64,000 bases of DNA from an uncultured Chloroflexia bacterium (GTDB lineage: Bacteria; Chloroflexota; Limnocylindria; Limnocylindrales; CSP1-4): positions 992,001-1,056,000 of the forward strand of contig CAVVJT010000007.1 of NCBI GenBank assembly GCA_963748625.1, given 5' to 3'. A program made the position numbers and the translations under genes. Positions 50,316-60,148 of the stretch are shown here, piece by piece. The notes under the pieces are model-generated. The model searched no databases, was not told the origin of the DNA, and saw nothing but the letters and a program-made list of their open reading frames with translations. Within the stretch, counting starts at the first letter, position 1, and each line of letters opens with the position of its first letter.

Positions 50316-53300
50316 ATGGAGTTCCGAGTCCTGGGCCGGATCGAGGCGTCCCAAGACGGAACGCGCTGCCCGGTAGCGGCGGGTCACCAACTGTCCTTGC
50401 TCGCCCTCCTCCTGGTGCACGCGAACCGCACGGTCAGGACGGATCGCATCCTCGAGGATCTCTGGGGCGACGAGCCGCCGTCGAGCGGCGCGAAGACCGT
50501 CGGCTTCCACGTGTCCCGCTTGCGCGACGCGCTCGCGCCTGATCGGGGTGGCGAGGCGGCGGCCCGCGGCAACGGGCGCGAGGTGGCGGCCCGTGGCGAG
50601 GCGGCGGCCGGTGGCAACGGGCGCGGTCCCATCCTCACCGTGGAGGGCGGCTACCTGCTCCGGGTGGATCCGGATTCCGTCGATGCCACGCGCTTCGAGC
50701 GGCTCGCGGCCGAGGGACACGCGCTGCTCGCCAGCGATCCGGCCACCGCGGCGGACCGGCTCCGCGCCGCTCTGGGCGAGTGGGACGGACCCGCCTACGT
50801 GCAGGTCGCGGACTTCCCGTTCGCCCAGACAGAGGCCACGCGCCTCGACGAGCTCCGTCTCCGGGCGCAGGAGGACGCCTTCGACGCTGCCCTGGCGCTC
50901 GGCCGCCAGGATGAGGTGGCAGAAGCGCTCGCAGCGCACGTCGCCACCAACCCGCTGCGCGAGCATCCCCGGGCGACGCTGGTGACCGCCCTCTACCGGA
51001 CCGGGCGCCAGGCCGAGGCCCTGCGCGTCCTCGCCGACGGGCGCACCACGCTCGCGGACGAGCTCGGGGTCGATCCCGGGCCGGAGCTCCGCCGCCTGGA
51101 GACGTGGATCCTCCAGCAGGACGCCCGCCTCGACCACGCGGGAGTCCAGCCCGACCGTGCGATCCGCAATCCGTACAAGGGGCTGCGCCCGTTCGGCGAG
51201 GCGGATGCGCCCGATTTCTTCGGCCGCGAGACCATGGTCGACGCGCTCGTCGAGCGGCTGGGCCAGCTGGCCCGCGGCTCGCGGCTGCTCATGCTCATCG
51301 GGCCCAGTGGCAGCGGCAAATCGAGTGTCGCCCTGGCTGGGCTCCTCTCGGCCGTTCGTCGAGGCGTCGTCCCGGCGCTCGCCGGAGCGTCGGTCGAGGT
51401 CCTGGTGCCAGGGCCGCATCCGCGGCAGGACCTGGCCGCTGCCGTCGAGCGACTGCGCTCGGAGGCAGCGCCGATGGGGTTGCTGGTGGTGGACCAGCTC
51501 GACGAGCTCCCGTCCGTGGCCGGAGACGCAGGGACGACCGCGTTCCTGCACGCGCTCGAGGACGCGCTGGCCGCCGAGGGACCGCCGCTGGTCGCGATCG
51601 TGACGCTGCGGGCCGATCGGATCGACCTCCCGCTCGCGGTCCCGGGCCTCGCGGAGCGGGTACGGACGGGCACGGAGATCGTGGCCCCGCTGTCGCGGCA
51701 CGACCTGGAGCGAGCGGTGAGCCGGCCGGCGGAGCGGGTCGGGCTGATGGTGGAGCCGGGCCTGCCCCATGCGATCGCGGCGGACGTGGGCTCACAGCCC
51801 GCCGCGCTCCCCCTGCTGCAGGTCGCGCTCACCGAGCTGTTCGAGCGGCGCGATGGCGACCGGCTCACGCGTGCCGCCTACGTCGCGTCGGGCGGCGTGG
51901 CGGGCGCGCTCGCAGCCAGGGCCGAGGATGCCTGGGCCGCGCTCGATCGCGGCGACCGCGAGATTGCCCGCCACCTGTTCCTGCACCTCGTCGCCATCAC
52001 CGACACGGGAGAGCCGGCCGTGCGCCGGCGCTCACGGGCCGACCTCGACCCCTTGGCCGACGACGCCGGCTCCCTCGACCGCGTCCTCGAGGTGCTGGCA
52101 CGACGGCGTCTGCTGGGGATCGACGTGGATGCGACCTCGGGCGATGCGGTCGTCTCCATCGCCCATGGCGCGCTCCTCACGAACTGGCCGCGCTGTGCGG
52201 GCTGGATCCGCGAGGCGCGTGACGACCTCGCCATGCGGCGGCGCCTGGCCGACGCGACCGCGGAGTGGGAGGCTGCCGGACGAGATGCCGGCTTCCTCCT
52301 GACCGGCTCCCGCCTCGACCTGTTCGGGGCCTGGGCGTCAACGACGAGCCTGCGCCTCGACCCGCACGAGCGGGCCCTGCTGGACGCGAGCCTGGCCGAC
52401 CGCCGGGCGGCCGAGGAGGCGGAGCGTGCCCGAGCGGAACGCGAGCGTCGCCTCGAGCGGCGCGCGTCGACGCGGATGCGGGCCCTGGCTGCGGTGCTCG
52501 CCGCCGGCATCCTGGCCGCCTCCAGCCTGTCGATCGCCCTGTACCGGCAAGGCACGACGGCGACCGAGGAGGCGCGGGTTGCAGTGGCCCGGGAGCGAGC
52601 GGCGGCAGCGGTCGGCACGCTGGGCTCGGACCCCCGGCTCGCGCTCGTGCTCGCGTGGCATGCGGCCGACGCCACCGCCGATCTCGGCTACGTGACTGCC
52701 GAGGCCTACGACGCACTCCACTGGTCGCTCCAAGCGCTCCACGTGGCCTACCCTCCCGACACCCAGGGCACGGCCGTCCGGATGGGGCCGGACGGACCGA
52801 CGGGCGTCCCGCTGCTCCTGCCCGAGGAGCTGATGGCCATGGCGGCCGCCGAGGGGCTCGAGCCGCTCGGCGCCAGCGAGTGCCGCACCTACCTGCACCA
52901 GGAGTCCTGTCCCCTGCCCCCGGCGCGGTCGACCGGAGGTGGTCCCGTGCTCGGGATCCTGCGTGACGGGTCCACGGCGCCCGCGTCTGCGCTCGGGACC
53001 GGAGGGCTCGAGGGCACGACGGTGGACGTCGTCTCGCAGCTCCCGATGGATGCGACGGACGCGCTGTCGTCGCTGCTAGCGGGGACCGGGATCACCGTGC
53101 GCACGAGCACCGACGATGCCACAGGATCCGTGCTGGCCGACCGCCTCGCGCGCGGTCCCGAGCCGGACATCGCGATCGTGGCCGCGCCTCGGACAATGGC
53201 CGGCCTGGCCGCGGACGGGCTGCTCGTCGACCTCTCCACGCTCGGGGCCGGCACGTCGCCGGCGGTCGCGGGCAGTGCGTACCTCGACGGCCTGATGCGC

Positions 53301-54212
53301 GTCGGCGACGGCGGGTCGTGGCCCGCCGCAGGCGGACGGCTCCGTGGCGTGCCGCTCGCGCTCACTGACGAGAGCCTGCTGTGGACGGCCAGCAGCGAGG
53401 AGCCGGGGGTGATGTCGCCTCGCACCTGGGGGGCGGTGACGGCCAACGCGCGAGACGCGGCCTCGGCTGGACGCGCCGGCTGGTGCCTCGGGCTCGCGGG
53501 GGATTCGGCCGGCGCCAGCGACATTGTCGGCGTGTTCGAGGACGGCCTGCTTGACCTCGGGGGCGTCGCCACCTACGACGCGTGGGCGAGCGATCCGGAG
53601 TCGATCGCGATGGAGCGAGGCGGCCCGGCCTTCGCGAGGGTTCTCGAGGTCGCCGACCCCTCGCTCGTGCTCGGAGGGCTCGAGAGTGCGGCGCTCACGC
53701 CACCCGAATGGGCTGCATGGCCGATGTTCGCCTCGCCATCCCGCTGCCTCTACCACCCGGGAGGCGGGCAGGACCGCCTCGAATGGCCCGCCGGCAGCAA
53801 CACCGGGCTCACGGCGGTCCCGGTGCCCGGCACCGCCCCGGACACGGCCGGGCCGGTCCGCGGTCGGGCGTACATCGTCGTGGTCCTGCACGACCGGCCG
53901 GAGGTCCGCTCGCTGCTCCGCCACCTGCTGGATCCAGCGGCAGGCGCGGACCTCGACAGCGTGCTGGCCGCGGCGGGCCTCTGGCGGCCCGGAGGCGCGG
54001 ACGGGCCGGCGCCCGAACGAGACCTGCTGGCGGCCGCCGTGCGAAACGACACATTCCGGGTACGTCTCCAGGACATCGCACCGGCGCCGGTCAGCGAGGC
54101 GCTCGCACAGGGCCTGGAGACCTACCTGGGATCGCCCGTCGAGACGTACACCCTGTTCGCCGGCGGGATCCGCCAGGCATGGGCCCGCGTCGCCCTCGAT
54201 GGCGGTGAGTGA
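50316..54212 (+). CDS. SARP/BTAD regulator - nSTAND1 NTPase - TM - extracellular solute-binding domain fusion
   Basis: FRVLG..wHTH, VDATRFE..PLRE..ELGVDPGPEL (BTAD), NPYKGLRPF, GPSGSGKSS, LVVDQLDE, TM helix, sugar-SBP-like tail (PDIAIV, GLLVDL, WCLGL). Confidence 0.8.
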   Translation: MEFRVLGRIEASQDGTRCPVAAGHQLSLLALLLVHANRTVRTDRILEDLWGDEPPSSGAKTVGFHVSRLRDALAPDRGGEAAARGNGREVAARGEAAAGGNGRGPILTVEGGYLLRVDPDSVDATRFERLAAEGHALLASDPATAADRLRAALGEWDGPAYVQVADFPFAQTEATRLDELRLRAQEDAFDAALALGRQDEVAEALAAHVATNPLREHPRATLVTALYRTGRQAEALRVLADGRTTLADELGVDPGPELRRLETWILQQDARLDHAGVQPDRAIRNPYKGLRPFGEADAPDFFGRETMVDALVERLGQLARGSRLLMLIGPSGSGKSSVALAGLLSAVRRGVVPALAGASVEVLVPGPHPRQDLAAAVERLRSEAAPMGLLVVDQLDELPSVAGDAGTTAFLHALEDALAAEGPPLVAIVTLRADRIDLPLAVPGLAERVRTGTEIVAPLSRHDLERAVSRPAERVGLMVEPGLPHAIAADVGSQPAALPLLQVALTELFERRDGDRLTRAAYVASGGVAGALAARAEDAWAALDRGDREIARHLFLHLVAITDTGEPAVRRRSRADLDPLADDAGSLDRVLEVLARRRLLGIDVDATSGDAVVSIAHGALLTNWPRCAGWIREARDDLAMRRRLADATAEWEAAGRDAGFLLTGSRLDLFGAWASTTSLRLDPHERALLDASLADRRAAEEAERARAERERRLERRASTRMRALAAVLAAGILAASSLSIALYRQGTTATEEARVAVARERAAAAVGTLGSDPRLALVLAWHAADATADLGYVTAEAYDALHWSLQALHVAYPPDTQGTAVRMGPDGPTGVPLLLPEELMAMAAAEGLEPLGASECRTYLHQESCPLPPARSTGGGPVLGILRDGSTAPASALGTGGLEGTTVDVVSQLPMDATDALSSLLAGTGITVRTSTDDATGSVLADRLARGPEPDIAIVAAPRTMAGLAADGLLVDLSTLGAGTSPAVAGSAYLDGLMRVGDGGSWPAAGGRLRGVPLALTDESLLWTASSEEPGVMSPRTWGAVTANARDAASAGRAGWCLGLAGDSAGASDIVGVFEDGLLDLGGVATYDAWASDPESIAMERGGPAFARVLEVADPSLVLGGLESAALTPPEWAAWPMFASPSRCLYHPGGGQDRLEWPAGSNTGLTAVPVPGTAPDTAGPVRGRAYIVVVLHDRPEVRSLLRHLLDPAAGADLDSVLAAAGLWRPGGADGPAPERDLLAAAVRNDTFRVRLQDIAPAPVSEALAQGLETYLGSPVETYTLFAGGIRQAWARVALDGGE

Positions 54213-54309
54213 CTTGCCGGTGGCTAGCCGGGCCCTAACCGCCACCGCCGAGAGTCCGTCCCACCAGCGGGGCACACGGCCCCGCGCAAGGGACGGAAGG
54301 CAGGGTCAC

Positions 54310-54882
54310 ATGAAGCGCATCACCATCCTGGTCGCGGCCATGGCGCTCGCGACCGCCGCCTGCGCAGGTGGCTCGGCGTCCGACAGCACGACGGCAGCTC
54401 CGGTCGCGACGGTTGGGGCCCCCGCCGAGACGCCTGCCGACGCTCCGGCGGCCACCGTCGCGCCGACCGCGACCCAGCAGCCCGAGGCGGCTGCCACGAT
54501 GACCTGGGACGGGACCACCTGCACCTACGCCGGACCGACCGTCGTGCCGCGCGGCGCGCGCCTCACCGTGACGCTGACCAACACGCCCGAGGCCGAGGCA
54601 GGCGGGCGGGATGGCGCCGGGTTCCTCCTCGCCAAGGTCGACGACGGCATCACGCAGGCGGACTTCGATGCCTGGGTGAAGGACCATCCGAAGGGGTCCG
54701 ACATCCCGCCCTGGCTGGACGGGGCCGGAACCCAGATCGTGTATCCGGAACAGGTAAAGGACGGCCTTCCGCTCGTCGCCCGACAGCTGAACGCCAACCG
54801 CTTCATGACCCTGTGCGGCGAGACCCCGAAGGACGGCCAGGCGATGCACTTCGGCGCGATCATCGAGACCACGGGCGGCTGA
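54310..54882 (+). CDS. Hypothetical lipoprotein
   Basis: MKRITILVAAMALATAAC lipobox, Ala/Thr/Pro linker, beta-rich domain. Confidence 0.7.
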   Translation: MKRITILVAAMALATAACAGGSASDSTTAAPVATVGAPAETPADAPAATVAPTATQQPEAAATMTWDGTTCTYAGPTVVPRGARLTVTLTNTPEAEAGGRDGAGFLLAKVDDGITQADFDAWVKDHPKGSDIPPWLDGAGTQIVYPEQVKDGLPLVARQLNANRFMTLCGETPKDGQAMHFGAIIETTGG

Positions 54883-54907
54883 CTCGCGATCGCTCCTCTA
54901 GGAACCC

Positions 54908-54935
54908 ATGGCCCCGGGCAACAGCCCGGGGCCAT
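54908..54935. terminator. GC-rich hairpin, putative terminator
   Basis: ATGGCCCCGGGC-AACA-GCCCGGGGCCAT perfect 12-bp stem after the lipoprotein stop; no U-tract. Confidence 0.5.
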
Positions 54936-55116
54936 CGTCCGCGCGCGGTTCGGTGCGCCCGGGCCGGCCACCCGGGTGCGTGGTAGTCAACAAGGACGCA
55001 CGTCGGGGCCTGGCACGGTGCGCGAAGCGCCCGTTTGCGGGTTCCTGCGGACGCTCAGGCGACAATCGGCCGCATCTGGGTCGACGCGGCGTCTGTTTGC
55101 GGGGTTTCGTTGAGTT

Positions 55117-55198
55117 CCACGCGGCGGGAGGCGGCCACGCGGCGGGAGGCGGCCACGCGGCGGGAGGCGGGAGGCGGCCACGCGGCGGGAGGCGGCCA
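55117..55198. repeat. Short intergenic tandem repeat CCACGCGGCGGGAGGCGG, about 4 copies
   Basis: Directly visible; one unit carries an extra GAGGCGG. Confidence 0.8.
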
Positions 55199-55249
55199 TG
55201 CCGCGGGGCGTGGGACCCCGCGCCCGTTCCGTGCGCGATGCGGCGCTTC

Positions 55250-55750
55250 CTAGCGAACCCGCTCCGTGGTCAGCGCCGCCGCGATCGACAGGGACCAGGC
55301 CTCGATCTCCGCCCATGGGCGGTAGTCCCCCTCGGGAGTGTGGACGGCAGCGATGATCGCCCGCTCACCGAAGCCCAGCTTGTGCTTGTCGAGCGCGCCT
55401 GGGAACGTCCGATGCTCGCGCGCATGGACGAGCTCCACGAGGCGGGCCGCCTCCACCGACTCCTCCACGGGCTTGGGCGGGTCGCCGATGGGCCCACTCG
55501 CGAAGAGCCAGACGGGGATCGCGCGCAGCTCCGGCTTGCAGCGCTCCAGGACGTCGCGGGCGGCGTCGAGCCACTTGCCCACGTAGACGGCACTGCCGAT
55601 CACCGCCGCATCGAAGCCCGCGATGCTCTCGATGTCGACCGGCGCCATGACATGGACCTCGTGGCCGGCGGCCTGGAGCGTCGCCCCGATCGAGGCCGCC
55701 ACCTCGACCGTCGCCCCATGGCGTGAGGCGGCACTGACAAGAACCTTCAC
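55250..55750 (-). CDS. Flavodoxin-domain protein (HemG/Flavodoxin_5-like)
   Basis: VLVSAASRHGAT.EVA, AVIGSAVY.GKW, VWLFASGP, GDYRPW..I.AW. Confidence 0.85.
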   Translation of the reverse strand: MKVLVSAASRHGATVEVAASIGATLQAAGHEVHVMAPVDIESIAGFDAAVIGSAVYVGKWLDAARDVLERCKPELRAIPVWLFASGPIGDPPKPVEESVEAARLVELVHAREHRTFPGALDKHKLGFGERAIIAAVHTPEGDYRPWAEIEAWSLSIAAALTTERVR

Positions 55751-56076
55751 GTACTCCCCTTTCCGCGCCTCCCCGGCCGCTTGGGCGGACGGGGCCGGCG
55801 TCACGGGCGGACCGGGTCAGCGTCGTGGGCGGCGGCGTCGGGCGTGAGGGCCGGATGGGACCGAGGCCGGTTCGCTCGTCACCCGTCACGGGGGCCGCAT
55901 GGCGCGGGACCATGTGCGCGCGGCACGTATCGGACGACAGGGTGGGTACGGCCACCGGCTGGTACCTCCGCGCCATTGGAGGGGTACCCCGCAGCGCGTA
56001 CGGTGCGTTCTGACACCCCGTACCCGGGACTGTACTCATCCGGCACCCGGGGGTCGTTGGGGTCCGCACGTCCACC

Positions 56077-59000
56077 ATGGCCCTCGCGCACGATCGGAGC
56101 GATCGCCGACTTCGGCGCTCCAGACCCGCGATCCGTGCGCTGCCCGCGCCGCTCGAGGAAGCGCGCGTCGCAGCGCTGCGTCGCCTTGTCGCCGAGGCCT
56201 CCGCGAACCTTGAGCTCGAGGAAGTGCTCCACGACGTCCTCGACTCGGCGCAGGAGCTGTTCGGCGCCGACGTGGCCGGGCTCTGGCTGCTCGAGCAGGA
56301 TGACCATCCGCTCCGCCTGGCGGCGGCTCGGAACCTGGATCCGGAGATCATCGAGGCGGTTGCCGCGGTGCGGCGCGACCAGCCGGTGGTGGGGCTGCTC
56401 GCGATCGGCGAGCAGCGGCCAGTGGTCCTCGACGATCCCGAGCATGCCGCGCAGTTCGGAGACATCTACGCGCACCAGGGGTTCCGCACGGTCGCCTTCG
56501 TGCCGCTCGTGTTCCGCGACGAAGCGGTCGGCCTGCTGGCGCTCTATCACCGGGTCGCCTACGACTGGAGCCCCGACGAGCTGGAGCTCTGCTCGGCGTT
56601 CGGGGCGCAGATGGCGATCGCGGTCTCCAACGCCCGCCTCCACGGCTCGGTCCGTGAGGGTGCCGCCCGGCTGCGCGCGATCCAGGAGCTGAGCCTGCGG
56701 CTCAACCGGATCCAGGACACGGAGGGCATCGGGGCGGCGATCGTGGCCGAGGCCGACCGGCTCATCGCCCACGACACGATCCGGGTGTACCGCGTCGACC
56801 ACGTCACCCAGACCTGCGAGCCCATCGCGTTCCAGGGCGAGTTCATGGACATTGGGACCCCGTCCGAGGAGGATCTCCGGCTGCGGATCGGCGAAGGCCT
56901 CACCGGGTGGGTGGCGCTCCACAACCAGACGCTCCGGATCGAGGACGCCAACAACGACGCACGGGGACGCCAGGTGGGCGGCGCCCGCACCGCGGAGTCG
57001 ATGCTCCTGGTCCCGATGTCCTACGAGTCGCGCGTGCTGGGGATCATCGTCGTCTCGAAGACAGGCCGTGCGCAGTACGGCGAGGACGACCAGCGCACGC
57101 TCGAGATCTTCGCGGGCTACGCGGCCCAGGCCCTCGCCAACGCCGAGGCGTTCGGACGGGTGAGCCGCCAGCAGGAGCAGCTGCACCACCGGCTCGAGAG
57201 CCAGCGCCGGCTCCTGGAGGTCAGCGAGCGCCTGCTCGCGACGCTGGATCCTGCGGGCATCCTGGAGCTGATCGCGGACTCGCTGCGCTCCGTGGTGGCC
57301 TACGACTCGCTCACCATCTACCGCGTGGACCGCGCGGCGTGGGTGCGCCGGGCCGTGGTGGCGCGCGACCGTTTCGCCGAGGAGATCCTCTCCCACGAGA
57401 GCCCGCTCGACGTGGGCATCACGGGATGGGTGATCCGCAACGGGGAGGCCGTGCTGGCGAACGACGCCCACCTGGACCCCCGTGCCGAGACGATCCCGGG
57501 CACGCCCGAGGAGCCGGAGTCCATGATCGTGTGCCCGCTCCTCATCGCGGGCGACGTGGTGGGCACGCTCAACATGGCCCGCATGGGTGGTCCTGAGGCC
57601 CACTTCAGCCGCGACGAGTTCGAACTGGTCCAGCTCTTCGCCGCCCAGGCCTCGATCGCGCTGCGCAATGCCGAAACCCACGGCGAGGTGGTGACTCGGG
57701 CCGAGCACGACGCCCTGACCGGGGTGCGCAACCACGGGGCCTTCCAGCGCGAGGTTGGCGCGCTCATCGGGCTGGGCGCTCCGTTCGCGCTGCTGATGCT
57801 GGACCTGGACGACTTCAAGGCCTACAACGACGCGCACGGCCATCCGGCAGGTGACGCCCTGCTGGGCCGGATCGCGGCGGTCATGGCCGACATGGTCCGC
57901 TCCCAGGACCGTGTCTACCGGTATGGAGGCGATGAGTTCGCGATCCTGCTCCCGGACGCGGGGATCGGGGCCGCGCGCGACGTCGCCGAGCGCATCCGGG
58001 CCGCGGTCGCCCGGATCACCGCGGCCATCGGCCCGGTCGTCACGGTGAGCGTGGGCGTGGCCTGCTACCCGGACCAGGCCACCGACAAGGACGGCCTCGT
58101 GGGCGCCGCCGACCGTGCGCTCTACCTCGCCAAGCCACCGGATCGGACACGCCTCCCATCCGTGGATCCCACGCGCGACCTGTACCTTGCGGCCGTGGAC
58201 CAGACCACGCTCAAGCTGCTCGAGCGCCTCGAGCCGCGGGAGCTCCTCACCGAGATCGTCGAGCGTGCGGCCAGCCTGGTCGGCGTGGAGCACGGGTTCC
58301 TCTACCTGCTCGAAGGGCCGGAGCAGACCGGAGCGCCCGGACCGGACGACCTCGCGCTGGTGGCCCGGGTGGGTATCGGCGAGTTCGCGGACTACGAGGG
58401 CTACCGGCTACCACGGGGCACCGGGATCGGCTGGACCGTCGTGAACACGGGTGCACCGGTGGTGGTGGACGACTATGCCGACTACCCCGGGCGTGCACCG
58501 GACCTGTCCGGCGAGCGGTTCGGGGCCGTGTGCGCGGTGCCGCTCACCTCGGGTGACGAGGTGCTCGGCTGCATCGGCCTCGCCTCCGGTGACGCCTCGC
58601 GCCTGTTCTCCGAGCGCGAGGTAGAGGCGCTCGCGCGCTTCAGCCAGCTGGCGTCCGTGGCGCTCGACAACGCGCGGCTGTTCGAACGGGCGCAGACCGA
58701 GGTCCGCTATCGCGCCCACATCGCCCTCCACGACCAGGTGACCGGACTTCCCAACCGGACGCTCCTGCTCAACCGCCTCGCGGAGGAGCTCGACGCCGCC
58801 GGGCGCGACGATGAGCCGCGGCGCGCGGCGGTCAGCAGCCGGATCGCGCTCGTCCTGCTCGACCTGGACCGGTTCAAGGTGGTCAACGAGAGCCTGGGTC
58901 ACGCGGCCGGCGACCTGCTCCTCACCGAGACAGGCAGGCGCCTGGTTGCGGCGGCACGCTCCACCGACACCGTCGCGCGGCTGGGCTCAGACGAGTTCGG

Positions 59001-60063
59001 GATCCTGCTGGGCACCGTCCGCAGCGTGCGTGAGGCGGAGCGCGTCGCGGCGCGCATCCAGGCTGCCCTGGGCGAGCCGTTCGATCTCGACGGCGAGGAG
59101 GTCACCATCGGTGCCAGCATCGGCATCGCGGTGGGCCTGGCGGAGGATGCCCACCCGGCCGACCTGCTCAAGGAGGCGGAGATCGCGTTGCACCGGGCCA
59201 AGGCGGACCCGGTCCGCAAGGTCGTCGTCTTCGATCCGGAGATGCGGACCCAGACCCTGGAGCGCGCCGGCATGGAACACGACCTGCGCCGTGCCATCGA
59301 GCGGTCCGAGCTGTGCCTCCACTACCAGCCACTGGTGGACCTCACGACCGGATCCGTCGTCGGCGTCGAGGCCCTCCTGCGCTGGAACCACCCGACACGA
59401 GGGCTGGTTGCCCCCCTCTCGTTCATCCCGCTCGCCGAGGAGACGGGACTCATCCTGCCCATCGGGCGCTGGGTCCTGGAGTCCGCGTGCCACCAGCTGC
59501 GGGAGTGGCAGCGTCGCTTCCCGGCCGCCGCGCGCCTGCAGGTGAGCGTGAACCTCTCAGCCCGCCAGTTCGCCGAGGCCGACCTCATCGGCAACGTGGC
59601 CGCGATCCTGGACCATGCCGGCCTGCGGCCCGAGGACCTCGAGCTCGAGATCACCGAGAGCGTGGTGATGGACCAGACCGAGGCGTCGATCGAGCGGCTG
59701 CGCGGGCTGCGTGCACTGGGCGTCCACCTGGTGCTCGACGACTTCGGAACGGGCTACTCGTCGCTCGCCTACCTGCGGCGCCTGCCGCTCGACACGATCA
59801 AGGTGGACCGCTCGTTCGTGATGGGCCTGGGCTCGGACCCGGCCGACATGCCCATCGTCCAGGCGGTGATCTCGCTCGCGCACGGTCTGGGCATCGACGT
59901 GGTGGCGGAGGGGATCGAGACGCCCAGCCAGCTCGCGACGCTCCAGCGCCTTGCCTGCGACCGTGGCCAGGGCTACTGGTTCTCACGGCCGCTGCCGGCC
60001 CCGATGCTGGAGGCGCTCCTCGCGGAGGCCGACGGCGCGCAGCTGGTGCTCGGAGGGGGCTGA
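56077..60063 (+). CDS. Multi-GAF diguanylate cyclase/phosphodiesterase (GAF-GAF-GAF-GGDEF-GAF-GGDEF*-EAL)
   Basis: HDALTG..DLDDFK..YRYGGDEF; HDQVTGLPNR..ARLGSDEF; VEALLRW, LEITES, DDFGTGYSSL, VVAEGIE, GQGY. Confidence 0.92.
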   Translation: MALAHDRSDRRLRRSRPAIRALPAPLEEARVAALRRLVAEASANLELEEVLHDVLDSAQELFGADVAGLWLLEQDDHPLRLAAARNLDPEIIEAVAAVRRDQPVVGLLAIGEQRPVVLDDPEHAAQFGDIYAHQGFRTVAFVPLVFRDEAVGLLALYHRVAYDWSPDELELCSAFGAQMAIAVSNARLHGSVREGAARLRAIQELSLRLNRIQDTEGIGAAIVAEADRLIAHDTIRVYRVDHVTQTCEPIAFQGEFMDIGTPSEEDLRLRIGEGLTGWVALHNQTLRIEDANNDARGRQVGGARTAESMLLVPMSYESRVLGIIVVSKTGRAQYGEDDQRTLEIFAGYAAQALANAEAFGRVSRQQEQLHHRLESQRRLLEVSERLLATLDPAGILELIADSLRSVVAYDSLTIYRVDRAAWVRRAVVARDRFAEEILSHESPLDVGITGWVIRNGEAVLANDAHLDPRAETIPGTPEEPESMIVCPLLIAGDVVGTLNMARMGGPEAHFSRDEFELVQLFAAQASIALRNAETHGEVVTRAEHDALTGVRNHGAFQREVGALIGLGAPFALLMLDLDDFKAYNDAHGHPAGDALLGRIAAVMADMVRSQDRVYRYGGDEFAILLPDAGIGAARDVAERIRAAVARITAAIGPVVTVSVGVACYPDQATDKDGLVGAADRALYLAKPPDRTRLPSVDPTRDLYLAAVDQTTLKLLERLEPRELLTEIVERAASLVGVEHGFLYLLEGPEQTGAPGPDDLALVARVGIGEFADYEGYRLPRGTGIGWTVVNTGAPVVVDDYADYPGRAPDLSGERFGAVCAVPLTSGDEVLGCIGLASGDASRLFSEREVEALARFSQLASVALDNARLFERAQTEVRYRAHIALHDQVTGLPNRTLLLNRLAEELDAAGRDDEPRRAAVSSRIALVLLDLDRFKVVNESLGHAAGDLLLTETGRRLVAAARSTDTVARLGSDEFGILLGTVRSVREAERVAARIQAALGEPFDLDGEEVTIGASIGIAVGLAEDAHPADLLKEAEIALHRAKADPVRKVVVFDPEMRTQTLERAGMEHDLRRAIERSELCLHYQPLVDLTTGSVVGVEALLRWNHPTRGLVAPLSFIPLAEETGLILPIGRWVLESACHQLREWQRRFPAAARLQVSVNLSARQFAEADLIGNVAAILDHAGLRPEDLELEITESVVMDQTEASIERLRGLRALGVHLVLDDFGTGYSSLAYLRRLPLDTIKVDRSFVMGLGSDPADMPIVQAVISLAHGLGIDVVAEGIETPSQLATLQRLACDRGQGYWFSRPLPAPMLEALLAEADGAQLVLGGG

Positions 60064-60108
60064 GCGCCCGTCGCGCGCAGACCGGTCGACAGGCGGCAGG
60101 AATCACAA

Positions 60109-60134
60109 ACGGCCGGGTCTTGCGACCCGGCCGT
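60109..60134 (-). terminator. Intrinsic terminator between convergent genes
   Basis: ACGGCCGGGTC-TTGC-GACCCGGCCGT stem with a T-rich tail on the minus strand. Confidence 0.7.
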
Positions 60135-60148
60135 CGTCTGTCCGAAGC

